NCBI GenBank assembly: GCA_051294375.1
Contig: CM119267.1
Span: 18,020,992 to 18,084,991 of the forward strand
DNA from: Paraspadella gotoi
Taxonomy: Eukaryota > Animalia > Chaetognatha
Direction of reading: 5' to 3'
DNA length: 64,000 nucleotides
Shown: positions 30,949 through 43,014 of the stretch, one piece after another
How positions within the stretch are numbered: the first letter of the stretch is position 1
How the letters are laid out: each line of letters starts with the position of its first letter
Position numbers and translations under genes: made by a program
Notes under the pieces: model-generated
What the model saw: the letters and a program-made list of their open reading frames with translations, nothing else
Told to the model about the DNA's origin: nothing
Database searches by the model: none

Positions 30949-32638
30949 ATGGCATCTGGGGGATCCCAATCCCCGGATGTACCGATGGAAAAAAAACTCA
31001 GTCCCGGCGAATCTTCGACATCGACACAAGCCTCGTCGTCGAAAGAAGACGGCGGCGGAGCTTTGAAAACTCCTCCCACGTGTGTCATCGTCTTAGGAAT
31101 GGCCGGATCGGGAAAAACCACGTGGATGCAGAGAATCAACGCCTCTCTACACGCAAAGGTATAACCAAACCGGCGCGCTCGCTTCGTATACCCTCCTCGA
31201 TTTTTTTCACGGAGTTACGTTTTTCGCAGAACAAACGTCCTTATGTGATAAACTTGGATCCCGCGGTTTTGGAAGTTCCCTACCCGTCTAATATTGATAT
31301 TAGGGATACAGTGAAGTAAGTTTCCCATATGAAAAAAATTGCGGATTGCGAAGCGTTTTGAGGAAAGAACGGGGCCCATGCTCCACATATCGTTTAAATC
31401 AGGTACAAGGAAGTAATGAAGCAATACTCGTTGGGCCCGAACGGTGGAATCGTAACTTCGCTGAATCTCTTCGCAACGCGTTTCGATCAAGTTCTCAACA
31501 TTATCGAAAAGCGAAAGGTGTGCTTAATTAAACCTTTGTCGAGTTTTCTTTCCCTTGTCGCCAACTCTGTTTCCTCTTCCAGAACGAACTCGACTATGTC
31601 TTGATTGATACGCCCGGGCAAATAGAAGTTTTCACGTGGTCCGCTTCTGGGTGAGTAACTCGACTAGCCCGGCTTCCCCCCCCCTTTTCTCCAAGCTTAA
31701 TTGCTTCTCACGTCCGCTCCCTTAATTCGTCTTAAGCTCCATCATCGCTGAGACCCTCGCATCCTCCTTTCCCACCGTGGTCGTCTTCGTGATGGACACC
31801 CCTCGCTCCATGAACCCAGTCACCTTCATGTCCAATATGCTTTACGCCTGCTCAATACTTTACAAATACAAACTTCCTTTCGTCGTTGCCATGAACAAGA
31901 TCGACATTGTGTCGAACCGTTTCGCCGTCGAATGGATGCGGGATTTCGAAGTGCGTTTGACGAAAGGTTTAGTCTCTCCATAATCGGATAACGACGGTTT
32001 CACAGTCCGCACTTCCATATAGGTGTTTCAAGAGGCGCTTCAAAATGAGACTTCCTACGTTTCGAATCTGACTCGATCGATGAGTCTCGTATTGGACGAA
32101 TTTTACGCCGACCTCAGGACCGTCGGAGTTTCGGCCGTTACCGGCGAGGGGACGGATGAATTCTTTCAGGTCAGTGCCAATGACTTCTAGCCTTAACTGT
32201 TTTTGTATTCGCAGAGATTATAAGTCATTGATTATTGTATAATATTCTAATTTCCCACGATTATTTTTATCCGCCCTTCAGGCTCTCGACTCTGCCGCCG
32301 AAGAATATGAGCGCGACTACCGTCCTATCTACGAGCGCCTCCGAGCGGAAAAAGCGAAAGAAGCGGAGGCGGCTAAAGCGCGCGAGTTGGATCGCGTGGC
32401 ACGGGACATCGGCGAAGGAAAGCCCATCCTTGGGGGAGGCGGCGCCATTGGCAGATCCGATCGGGAAAAAAAATCCGAGTCGAGTCGCGGCGGAACTGGA
32501 TTCGGGCTGAACTTTGGCGTGGTTGGGGAGGAAGAGCAGCCTGAAGAAGAGGAGGGCGAGATAGATGAGGAAGACGAGGAGGAGAAGCGAGAATACGAGT
32601 CCTTTAAGAGATTCTTGGCGGCTCAGGACAAAGAGTAA
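30949..32638 (+). CDS. GPN1: GPN-loop GTPase 1, 7 exons
   Basis: [10 protein letters not shown]-loop, [29 protein letters not shown] (GPN loop), [33 protein letters not shown]. Confidence 0.95.
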
Positions 32639-32752
32639 TTTTATCGCTTATTACGTACTTGTTTTTTTATTGTTTTTCGTTAACCCTTTTTTCGCTTCTT
32701 TTACAGATTTTTTTTTTTAATTTAAATTGACTTTTTTGTCATTGCTCAACTG

Positions 32753-35123
32753 ATGCATTCCGCAACGAGATTGGACGAAAGCTCAAAAGCCGATCCTATG
32801 TATGACTCGGCGCGTTCCACACGCATCAGCGCTCTCGATCTTCCGGCGGAAATCTTAACGCGCGTCTTTTCGTACCTCCACTTGCACCAACTCTTCACTT
32901 CGGCGGCGCCCGTTTGTCGCCGATTTCGAGACATCGCCTTCGACGCCGCTTCGCCACGGCATGGGAGTTTGATTAAGTTGGGTCGCGACTGGCGTCTCTG
33001 GCACGATTTTGGAGAGGCGTTTTTGAAGAAACTCCCTTCACCTATTTCATTCGAAGTAAGATATAAAATTGTGGACTTTTTTACCTATATGTACCTCAAC
33101 CCTAATGATGACTAAATTTAAGGTGGACTACGATTCTTTCTACGAACGTCGCGTAAAAGATCGCGACATGGAGCTATTCCTCGTTGGCCTTCCGGATCCC
33201 TCCGGCGTGGAACAGCGGCGTTCCATGATTCGGGCCTTGCGACTTTGGCCCAATATCTGCCGAATAAAAATCCACCACATTTCGCGGGAGCGATTTTCCG
33301 ATCCCGTTATTCGCCTTCATTTTCCGGTCAACAAGGGAACGCGTATGGAGCTGCGCGGCGATGGGGCGAAACGACGGGACTGCGCCGCGGCGACGTTGGA
33401 GTTTGTGAGCGAAGCGTTGGAGGCCCGGGTCGATCTTAAAGAGTTAGATCTGCGACTGATGTGCGACTGTCCGCGGGTTTCGCTGCGGCGGATGGGGTCT
33501 ATGGGGCCCCACAGTCGGAACAGGTATAATCTATAAAATACGGTTTTTCGGGGGATTATAAAACATTGGGAACATTTGATGACTGTGTTTCGTTTATCCG
33601 ATTACAGATTCCCCCGTTTCCATAATCAACACGCTCGCCTTATATCCTCTTCGAGTCCCAACCTAACTCACCTTACTCTCTCGAACGGCATCACAGAAGA
33701 GGCTGTTCTCACCCTAGCGGAAAACCTCCCGTTAAAGCGATTACATCTGCAGGACGCGTCCGCGATGGGCGACAAAGTCCTCCTTCGCCTCCGAAAGTTC
33801 CGTCGCCTCGTCGATCTCCGGTTAGAGAATCTGGACGAGTCGTTGCTCAACGAATCGTGTTTGAACCGATTTTTAAATGCCGTCGACGAGCCCGACTCTC
33901 CCGCATCGAAACTAGATATTCTATGGTTGCGTTTTCTAGCTTACGAGGGGTCCGCCCTTCTCGATTTTAGCGGCTGCAAGGATTTGGTCGAGTTAAATCT
34001 TCGCATCTTTCTGGACGACAACTCGGACTGGTCCTCGTTGACCAATTTATCCAAATTGACCTTTGAGCGACCCGAGGCCGACCACGATTTGAGCCTGACC
34101 GACGTAGAAACTGTCGGAACCCGCGGCGCTTTTTTGACGCATTTGCAGAGATTGCGAGATTTGAAGATCGACGCTTACGATCTGCCTTCGCCCGCCCGAG
34201 CGGATCATGTGTTCGTACATGTGTTCCAAAAGTTGGAGTCTCTCTCGGTGATGGTGGCGTCTCGTCGTCACAGCTTGGAATATCTCAAGCGCCTCTTGCC
34301 TTTTTGTCGTCACTTGCGAAGGCTTAAACTGGAGGAGTTGAACCTGTTGCGGGACTCCGACGGCAGCATTGGCTACGATGTCTGCGCAAGGATCGCCGCT
34401 ATAAACTTAGAGGAGCTGGCCATTACGTCTACTAGCCCCTCCGGTTATGACTCCGGCGAAAGCACAGTAGACGACATCAAAGCTCTCCAATATTGTCTTC
34501 ACGCTATGTTGACATTGGATTACGTGCCACGACTGACTGTGGTCTCGCTTCAAATGGTCTTTTTTGCAACGGACCTCTTTCGGCGGATTTGTTATCGTTG
34601 TTCAGCGTTGAAGTCTCTCACGATTTCCGTAGATACCGAGTGGCAGCGTGAAACGCTCATGGCAAGCTTAGACCTTGAAATTGGAAAAACCTCTGTTCTC
34701 GCTTCTGACTTGCCTGAACTGCGGCACCTCAGTCGTCTCGAGTCGCTCTCGATCGACGTCCGATTTGACGTCGCCGCCCTCGACGATTCCGACGATTCTT
34801 ATATCCACGATTGTTGTCTCGAGCTTCTCCGCATCTGCGCCGACACCTTCCCTCCCGACGATGACGGCGATTTTCTCTCCCTGTTTCCGCGCGCCAAGAG
34901 TTTCGTAGTGAGACCGGATCACGGCGAGGAATTTTCGGCTATATCTTACAACCTTCGTCGTACAAGCACCGGTGATGTGAGACGCTTCCTCTCGCTGCCA
35001 CCCTGCGTCGATGGGTTCGAGCGACGGGAATGCTGTCTTCCAATTTCAATTGATGATCTTTTAACGCCACCCACCTCAGAGGAGCCGGCTTTTAGTATAT
35101 TTAAAAAAATGTTCGGTTTTTGA
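32753..35123 (+). CDS. F-box / leucine-rich-repeat protein, 3 exons
   Basis: N-terminal F-box (LDLPAEILTRVFSYLHLHQLFTSAAPVCRRFRDIA) followed by LxxLxL repeats. Introns at ~33056-33122 and 33524-33607. Confidence 0.8.
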
Positions 35124-35332
35124 TGGGCATCTTTCATTAAATAGTTCAAAAATTATATAACTCTTCGAATGTCCGACGTTTATTCTCAGTTTATTACAAC
35201 TTTTTTACCGAATGCTGATTTGTGCAGCTGTGTTATTTCCTTTTATGTTTTATGCGCATCATTTACGATATTTTCTATATTTTTACAAACTATCTCGTTG
35301 ATTATTAATACCATTTTATTATATTTTAGACC

Positions 35333-36684
35333 ATGGAGCCCATGGAAATAGATTCGAACTCCCAGTCTCAATCGTCCTCGCAAAAAAACGTTCCCGCGAG
35401 TAAAAAACCAACTTACGAACTTCCTTGGGTTGAAAAGTACCGACCTCAGAAACTCAGCGACGTTGTTGGAAATGAGGACACCATTAGCCGTCTCGAAGTT
35501 TTCGCCAAACAGGGTAATGTTCCCAATCTTATCATTGCCGGCCCTCCCGGCACGGGCAAGACCACTTCCATACTCTGCCTTGCGCGAACCATGCTCGGCG
35601 CCGCCTTTAAGGACGCCGTTCTTGAGCTCAACGCCTCGAACGACAGGGGCATCGACGTCGTCAGAAACAAAATCAAAATGTTCGCTCAACAGGTCCCTTG
35701 AATGAGAGTTATTTTTGATAATTCGGGAGAAATGGTTGCCTTGAAATGATTATTGATTAAGACCTAATGTCAATTCTCAGAAAGTGACGCTACCTAAGGG
35801 AAAGCATAAGATCGTGATATTAGACGAGGCAGACTCGATGACAGACGGCGCTCAGCAAGCGATGCGCCGAACGATGGAGATTTACTCCAAAACGACTCGT
35901 TTCGCTCTCGCCTGCAACGCCTCCGACAAGATCATCGAACCCATTCAATCTCGTTGTGCTGTCCTGAGATACTCAAAGCTGTCCGATGCGCAGGTGTGAG
36001 GACTGATGTGATTAAAATAATAGAGGTCGAACTTAATTTTGTCTCTTATTTTATTGATCCTCCTAAGATCCTCAGCCGCCTTATCACTGTCGCCGAGTCG
36101 GAAAGTGTTTCTTACACTGACGACGGTCTCGAAGCTGTCATTTTTACTGCTCAGGGCGATCTTCGACAGGCGCTGAACAATATACAGTCGACCTTTCAAG
36201 GTAACTCGATTATATTATCGACAAATGGAATTATCATTTCGATGTACCTTCGCGGGTAGGCTTCAACCACGTAGACTCGACCAACGTCTTCAAAGTGTGC
36301 GACGAGCCGCATCCTCTGCTCATCAAGGACATGCTAAATCATTGCGTCAACGGCAATCTCGAGGAGGCATACAAGGTGCGATGAAGAAAGAGGCGGAATT
36401 TTTGAGGTTAAACTCGCGTTAAATAAAATACTCTTCTTCGTCTCCAGATAATGAATCATCTGTGGAAGCTTGGTTACGCATGCGAGGATATCATCACCAA
36501 CGTCTTCCGCGTTTGCAAAACTCACCCAATGGCGGAATTTCTTAAACTCGAGTTCATAAAAGAGATTGGCTTGACCCATATGCGCATTGTCGAGGGCGTC
36601 AACTCGCTGCTGCAGCTCAGCGGACTTTTGGCGAAATTGTGTCGCAAGAGCGCCGACCCGAACGTCGTTAATCCTCGAGGCTGA
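35333..36684 (+). CDS. RFC2: Replication factor C subunit 2, 5 exons
   Basis: [72 protein letters not shown]. Confidence 0.95.
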
Positions 36685-37325
36685 CGAAATTACGGATCGG
36701 AATTAACTTCGTTTTTCAAAACTTTATTGCTTTTGTTCCCTTTCGCTTAAAATTATTGATTAACTGTTATACTTGGTACAAATTGAACGTTAAATTCCTG
36801 TCCTGTCATATTTATTTTAACTTCAAGTTTCATGAACTGCGACAAGATAAGTAAAGTATCAAGTTTTTTAATCTTAAAAACTCGATGGGGACCGTTCGAT
36901 ATCAAGGCGATAAAGTTTTTGAGAAATTACTTTTTTTTATTCGTTCAAAGTTGTTAAAGTCACGATTATTATCAGCAAAAGCCTCATTTTTAAAATTTAT
37001 CGGAGAGGTACATCGTATGAAATTCGTGCTTTTCTGGTTCCTTTTTACTCCGAGTTGACCTTAAACTTGTTTTGTTATTTTTTACACTTTTTCAGTACCC
37101 CCTCCACCCAGGAGGAGGTTTTTTACCTCAAACGTTTTTTGTCGGGAAATGTTAAAAACACAAAAGGAATTTGACATTATTTAATCAAGACTTGAAGAAA
37201 ATCTCCTGAACCGAGGCGAATTGCGTGTTTCTCAATGTCGCTCTACAAATAAGGGTCATTGTACTGAAAAAAGGAAATGCTATGATCTTCGCAAAATTTT
37301 AGTTTAAACTCGTATAACGAACGTC

Positions 37326-38234
37326 ATGCGGCAAAAGGCGAAAGAAAAAACCGAGAACGACGATAAAAAGGTACGGAGACATTTGGTCGGCTTTAATAAT
37401 TTTATTAATTAATTTTATTACTAGTTATAATGTTTATCGGTTTAGTCGTCCCGACGCGGGATGTCCAAGTCGCTTCCTCCTCGACAATTACGCGAACGCG
37501 ACAAGAAAAAACCCAACCCCGACGAAAAACCTCGAAGCAAATCTCAGCCTCCCCCGACGCGCAACCGCCGCGTCGCGCAGCAGCGTCCGGCGCCGACACG
37601 GAAATCAAAAACGGCGCCGCGATCCAAATCTTTGAACTCTTTGATTGCTTCGCCGAAAACGAAAGGCAAAGCGAAGGTTAAAGACGCCAAAGACGGAAAG
37701 AAAGATGTGAAAGACGCGAAAAAGAAAAAAACCGATTCCAAAGACGCGAAAAATTTAAACTCCAAAAAAGAAAAGGAAAGCAAAGGAGAGGAAAAAAGTA
37801 GAAAAAACGAAACGGTCAAAGACTCGAAAAACAAAAAAGAAATGATTAAGGAATTAAAAAACAAAAAAGATTCGAGAAGTGGGAAAAATGAAAAGGAGAA
37901 AAAGTCGTCGTCCGATTCGTCCGAGTCGAACGACCCCGACGAGGTTCAACTGCCGCGTCGACTCCGCGTCAAGAGAGTCGTCGATGCCGTGTACACGATG
38001 GAGACGGCCTACGGATTCGTTACCCCGCTCGTTAGACGCTTGTCCCTCGGTGGCGTCGACGAAGATGCCGAGGTCCCCTCTTTAAAGAACCGTCGTCGAC
38101 TTAAGCCTGAGCCACCCATCATTGGACTGACAGGAATTCTGAGCGGGCGGGTGAGTCGCATGACCGAAGTTGGGGAAAGACCGGTCTCTGCGAGACACCA
38201 CCCGCTCGATTCGATGCATCCGTTGAAGGCTTAA
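37326..38234 (+). CDS. Lys/Asp-rich basic low-complexity protein, 2 exons, unknown function
   Basis: Exon 37326-37370, GTACGG..TTTAG intron, long open exon with KDAK/KDSK repeats. No recognisable domain. Confidence 0.55.
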
Positions 38235-38474
38235 ATGAAACTTCGCGCATGATTGATGTTTATTTGTTTATTTCGCGACATCTCTATCAACTTTTCCTAT
38301 TAATTTTACACTAATTTTCCGTCCAATTTTTTTCACGCTTGGAATAATAACTTCTACAATGTATATTTTTTAAAAAAATCATTGAGCAAAATAAATGTTT
38401 TTTTCGCTGTATTGGGCGATTTTTATTTCAGAAAATGTAACAAATTTTTTAAAAAACTAATGACAATATAAGAA

Positions 38475-39470
38475 CTATCCACACGAACAGTCGTTCTTTT
38501 TTCGTCGCTCCTTATCGCTTTTTTCGGTTGAAGATGACCAGCTGGAGCAGAGGCTCCCGTCGACATTGGACTTTCTGTAGAGTCTCAACCTCATTCGCCT
38601 CATCGACTCCTCCTCCTTTTTTCTGAGGCTGTAGATGGCGGGGGAGCTGTCGACGGGGGTCGACTGACCCGACGGCGATGTCGACGACTGCGTGCTCCGA
38701 CCGCCCACAGGTGTCGGTACCGATCGTTGCGAAACGCCGCAACGCGCCTCCAATTGCTTGCTGAGAAGGGGAAAAAGATGTTTTAATTTTCTACGGTTCA
38801 ATTAACTGATTAACGCACACAGGAGAAGACAATTTCATGCATGAAAACATTTTTTTTATAATTTTTCACCGATAACTGGCCCTCTGTTTGATAACGATCC
38901 GCGCGAGATCACGAAAGACGGTGTTGATCTCGTCGGCACCAGATTCTTCCAGAGCCGTGACGCGATAAGAGCCATATAGATTGTGGCGGGTGGCGAAGCG
39001 TCGGCCCGCCTCGGGCGTAACCACCGCCCGTCCGCGCTCCTTGTCGGTTTTGTTGCCCACCAGGACTGCCGGGGTGGTTCTGAAGGGGATCTGTTGATGG
39101 GACTCGGCCAGCCATCGGGGCAGACTGTTGAAAGAGGGAAGGTCGGTCACGTCGTAGACGAAAACAATTGCGTCTGTTCTTCTGTTAAATAAAAAAACAA
39201 AGCAAAAGGGGATTATTAACTTTTGTTATTATTAAGTCATCTCTATCGTTGTTACCTGTAATACTGAGACACCATGCTTTGTCTGAACCGCTCTTGACCG
39301 GCGGTGTCCCAGAGTTGTATCTTGGCGATTCGGCCGTCGACGGCCAAAGTCTTATCCGCGTAGTCAAAGCCAATGGTGGCTGTTGGTCGAACATCTGGGA
39401 TGTCGTAGCAGAAGCGCGTCGCCAGCGCCGACTTCCCGACTCCGGAGTCGCCGATCACGATTACCTTCAT
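38475..39470 (-). CDS. RAB33: Rab33-like small GTPase, 3 coding exons
   Basis: GDSGVGKS, TIGFDY, LWDTAGQERFRQSMVSQYYR (the SMVxxYYR signature is Rab33-like), VLVGNKTD, C-terminal DCSCG. An additional upstream exon is possible. Confidence 0.8.
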
Positions 39471-40269
39471 CGGCTCGCTCTGGCCGAAGAATGAAGCAAA
39501 TTAGAAAACCTACTTTAGTTTAATCTGAATGGAGTATTTTTCTCGGGCAAAGGCTTTGATTCAAAATTCAATGATTCCCGTCATTTATTTATATCATTAG
39601 ATAATCATCTCTTACACTTTATTAATAATCCCCCAAAAAATCTCGACCCAGGAAAATGAATTAGAATTCGGAGAAAATATTATTCATTATATTGAATTTA
39701 AGTCTTAAAAACGTTGAGCCACTAAAATACTTGATAAAAAATTAACTGAGAGACATATTCCTCGATTTGAACAAAGTAATAAAATCATTCAGATCTCAGC
39801 AATCCCTCTTTCGAAAAAAAAAAAAAAATTGCAGGACCAGAATCTAGAATAAACTGGGGATTAGGATTTTATAGTCTTATCCCCTTTGTAAAGAATTCAA
39901 ACAGAATTTCGCGGATCTCGCCTGTTGTTATTTTTACAAGACGACCTCGACCACAAAATAAATTCTCATCAAAAAGTCTAGATTTGAGACTTCAAAATAA
40001 AGATTTCGTCAAGGATTTCATCTAAGCTTACCGTTTCGTCATTTCTGTCATATTGCAGATCTTCAATGAGATGCGAAGTCACGACGGATGGAACGTCATC
40101 CATCATCTTTTTTGTTCGACGCAGTTTTACAATTTACATGGAGAAAACATGCGAGCGAAAATGAGATTAAACCAAAATTTTCTTGTCGATCGACTCTGGT
40201 ACCCGCTTGCCAAGTTAAGGATCCCGTTCCTTTTTCCTTATCCAGCTTTGACCCTTTCAAAGTCAATTA

Positions 40270-40275
<6 letters not shown>

Positions 40276-40317
<42 letters not shown>

Positions 40318-40384
40318 GGAGAGAGAGAGAGAGAGAAAGCGGGAGAGAGAGAGAGAGAGCGAGAAAGCGGGAGAGAGAGAGAGC
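40276..40384. repeat. (GA)n microsatellite with AAGCGG interruptions
   Basis: Direct inspection. Further (CT/GA)n tracts at ~40593-40638, 42957-43012 and 49503-49544. Confidence 0.9.
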
Positions 40385-40478
40385 GGGAGCGACCCCCAAA
40401 CCCTGACGCCGATCAAGACAAAGAATAAAAAGGAAGACAGTCCTGCGAGGGTCACGGGTCGAAAGGGGATCGTTCGTG

Positions 40479-40549
40479 GTCACATGACACTATCAGTTCT
40501 TGCTGATCCAGTATGCGAGTTAACCCCTCAGCGCTCTCGGTCACGTGAG
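40479..40549. promoter_or_regulatory. Paired extended E-boxes (CLEAR/USF-like) in the divergent Rab33-cyclin T region
   Basis: GTCACATGAC (40479-40488) and GTCACGTGAG (40540-40549) lie between (GA)n and (CT)n tracts. Confidence 0.35.
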
Positions 40550-40588
40550 CGTACCCTGTAAAAATTCCTTTCTTTCTTTCTCTCTTTT

Positions 40589-40641
<53 letters not shown>

Positions 40642-41039
40642 TTTAGTTGTTCGAGTCGAGGTCGAGTCGGGACGATCTCTCAAACAACGAAACTGTTTCG
40701 TATCAGTAGGCCGCCCCTGATATCTGAAATCTTAACCCTCGTTTGTTTTCTCAGGCTGTGATACAACAAGGATGAATGTTTAGGAACGAAATACTGTCAC
40801 AGTGCAAAGGAGCGAGCGAAAAACAAAAAAAAAAAGACTTTTCGATGACGGATAATCTTACAACTATCGAGATTATAAAAACTTCTTTTCAAATAACGCC
40901 TCTCCCTTACGCCTTTCTTTAATAAAATATTTCCCGAACACTCCGCGAAAATAGTGATAAAATTACAGAAGAAGCCCCCCTCTCCTAAAATTGCACGCGA
41001 AGCGGAACGAAATTCGTAAGGGACGCGGTTGGACGCGGA

Positions 41040-42954
41040 ATGGAACTGGGCGGAAATGGCGTCGGCACCGAGAACCGATGGATCTTTGCCCAGGAACGCC
41101 TCGACGACGCCAGAAAACGACTCGCGGCGGCGGCGTCGGCGGCGACGTCGGGTGACGAGCGAGAGACGCGGCAGTCGCTCAGCGCCGCCGTTTTTATTCA
41201 GGTTCGCTGTGGGTGAAATCGATCCTGTTCGTTGCACGATTCGCTTTCACGGTAATGAATGTATCGGCAGGAGATGGGCGACAAGCTTCAGCTGAAACCC
41301 TTGGCCATCAACACCGCCATCGTATACATGCGTCGTTTTGCAATTTTCCACCCCGTTGCCGACGCCGTACTTCCTCCCCACGTCCAAGCCCGAGAGAGAT
41401 TAGTTCTTCGACACGTGAGTTTTTTTATGTCTACATACAATATATGTTTTATTGTCTCGGCTTTCATGTCGAGCAGTTGAGTTTCCGAGGTTTTTGTCCT
41501 TGGTCTTGGTACAAAACAAAAAAAAAACAAGATGTTATGTATCTGTTTCTGAGATTTCCAGATTTTGAGTTTTGTTGGGTCCAGAATTATCTAAAATGCC
41601 GGGGGGGGGGCAGCTCTTTTTGAGCTCTTTTCTTTATCTTACTTTCACTAACATCTTCACTTCTATCCCTAACAACTTATTTTTCCCTTTCACATTTTAT
41701 TCTTAATATTTAACTAAATTATTAATTTCTCTTTGTTATTACTAGTTTAGTATTAAGTTTTTCCATTTATTTTTCTGTTGTACATTGCTAAATGTAATTA
41801 TTTTCTCTGCCTCTGTTGCTTCTCTCTCTCTCTCTTAATTTTTTCACCTTTCAAGTTTCAACCAATCTTATCTTCTTCCCTGTCCTTACCTTCACCTGTC
41901 CTCACATCTGACCACTGTCCTTTCTAAATTCTTTGTTGGAATCTCCTCCTCTCTCTCTCTCACTCTCAAAGCTAATGTTAAAGAGAGAAAATTGTTGATT
42001 GTTAAAAATCGCAGAAGAAGACTCTTAATAAAGAGTTGAAACTTGTCCGACTTATATCCAATAATAAATCGTTGTTGACCTTAAAAACTGTTTTTCCTAA
42101 CTAAAATTATTTAAAATTATTTAAAAATTTGGAACGCTAAATTTTATTTTCTCACGCAGCGCTGCTTTTTTTTTAGTCTGGCAGCGGTCCCAATACACGA
42201 ATCGATTGAATCCTGCGACCAGCCTATCAAATTTTCTCTCTCGTCTTCCCCCCTCCCCCCCACCTTTTGTTGAAATCGGTTAATTTATCGTTAATAGTCG
42301 AGATTAAGAATTTCGGTTTCGAATTATGCTTGGAAAAAGATTTTTATATTATTTATAAACAATTAGTTAACATTTTGCATAGTTGACAACTATTAATCTC
42401 TCCGTTTCTTCAGACTCTGGCGGCCGCCTGCATATTTCTGTCTGCCAAAGTAGAAGAGCAGCCGCGAAAGCTGGACCACGTCGTCAGGACGGCAGCTTAT
42501 TTAAAACAAAGACTACATCTTCAGCAAAACACAGAGCTCTATTACCAAAAGACGCAAGTTAGTTCCGGGCTGTACCGGTTTATACTCGAATCTCTGATAT
42601 GCTTCTTAAACAAAGTACTTAGTTATAAACTAAAGAGAAATTTTTGAAAAAACAAAGGAACTTCTGACCGTGGAAAACGTCCTCCTCCAAGTTCTGGGGT
42701 TCGACATCGCCGTCGACCACGCCCACCCTTACGTCGTTAAACTATGCGTGCATAAAGTCCCGAAAGTTTTCGCCAATAAGGTAAATTTAAAAAATTGCCT
42801 TCAGGGGAAAAAAATGAGAATGTCTTCGGTAGTTCGATGTTGATATTCTCACTTCTATACTGAATCAGGAAAGAGGGATACCTAGTAACCAGATATTTTT
42901 TGGCCAGATTTTCTATTCTCCGACGTGAGCCGGTTTCTTTTTCGCAGCTATCAC

Positions 42955-43014
<60 letters not shown>

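Noticed and set aside
42869-42924. Apparent extra cyclin T exon (AG...GTGAG)
   Set aside because: 56 nt breaks the frame; direct splicing 42780 to 43027 aligns to cyclin T without a gap (KVFANKAY vs KDLAQTSY).
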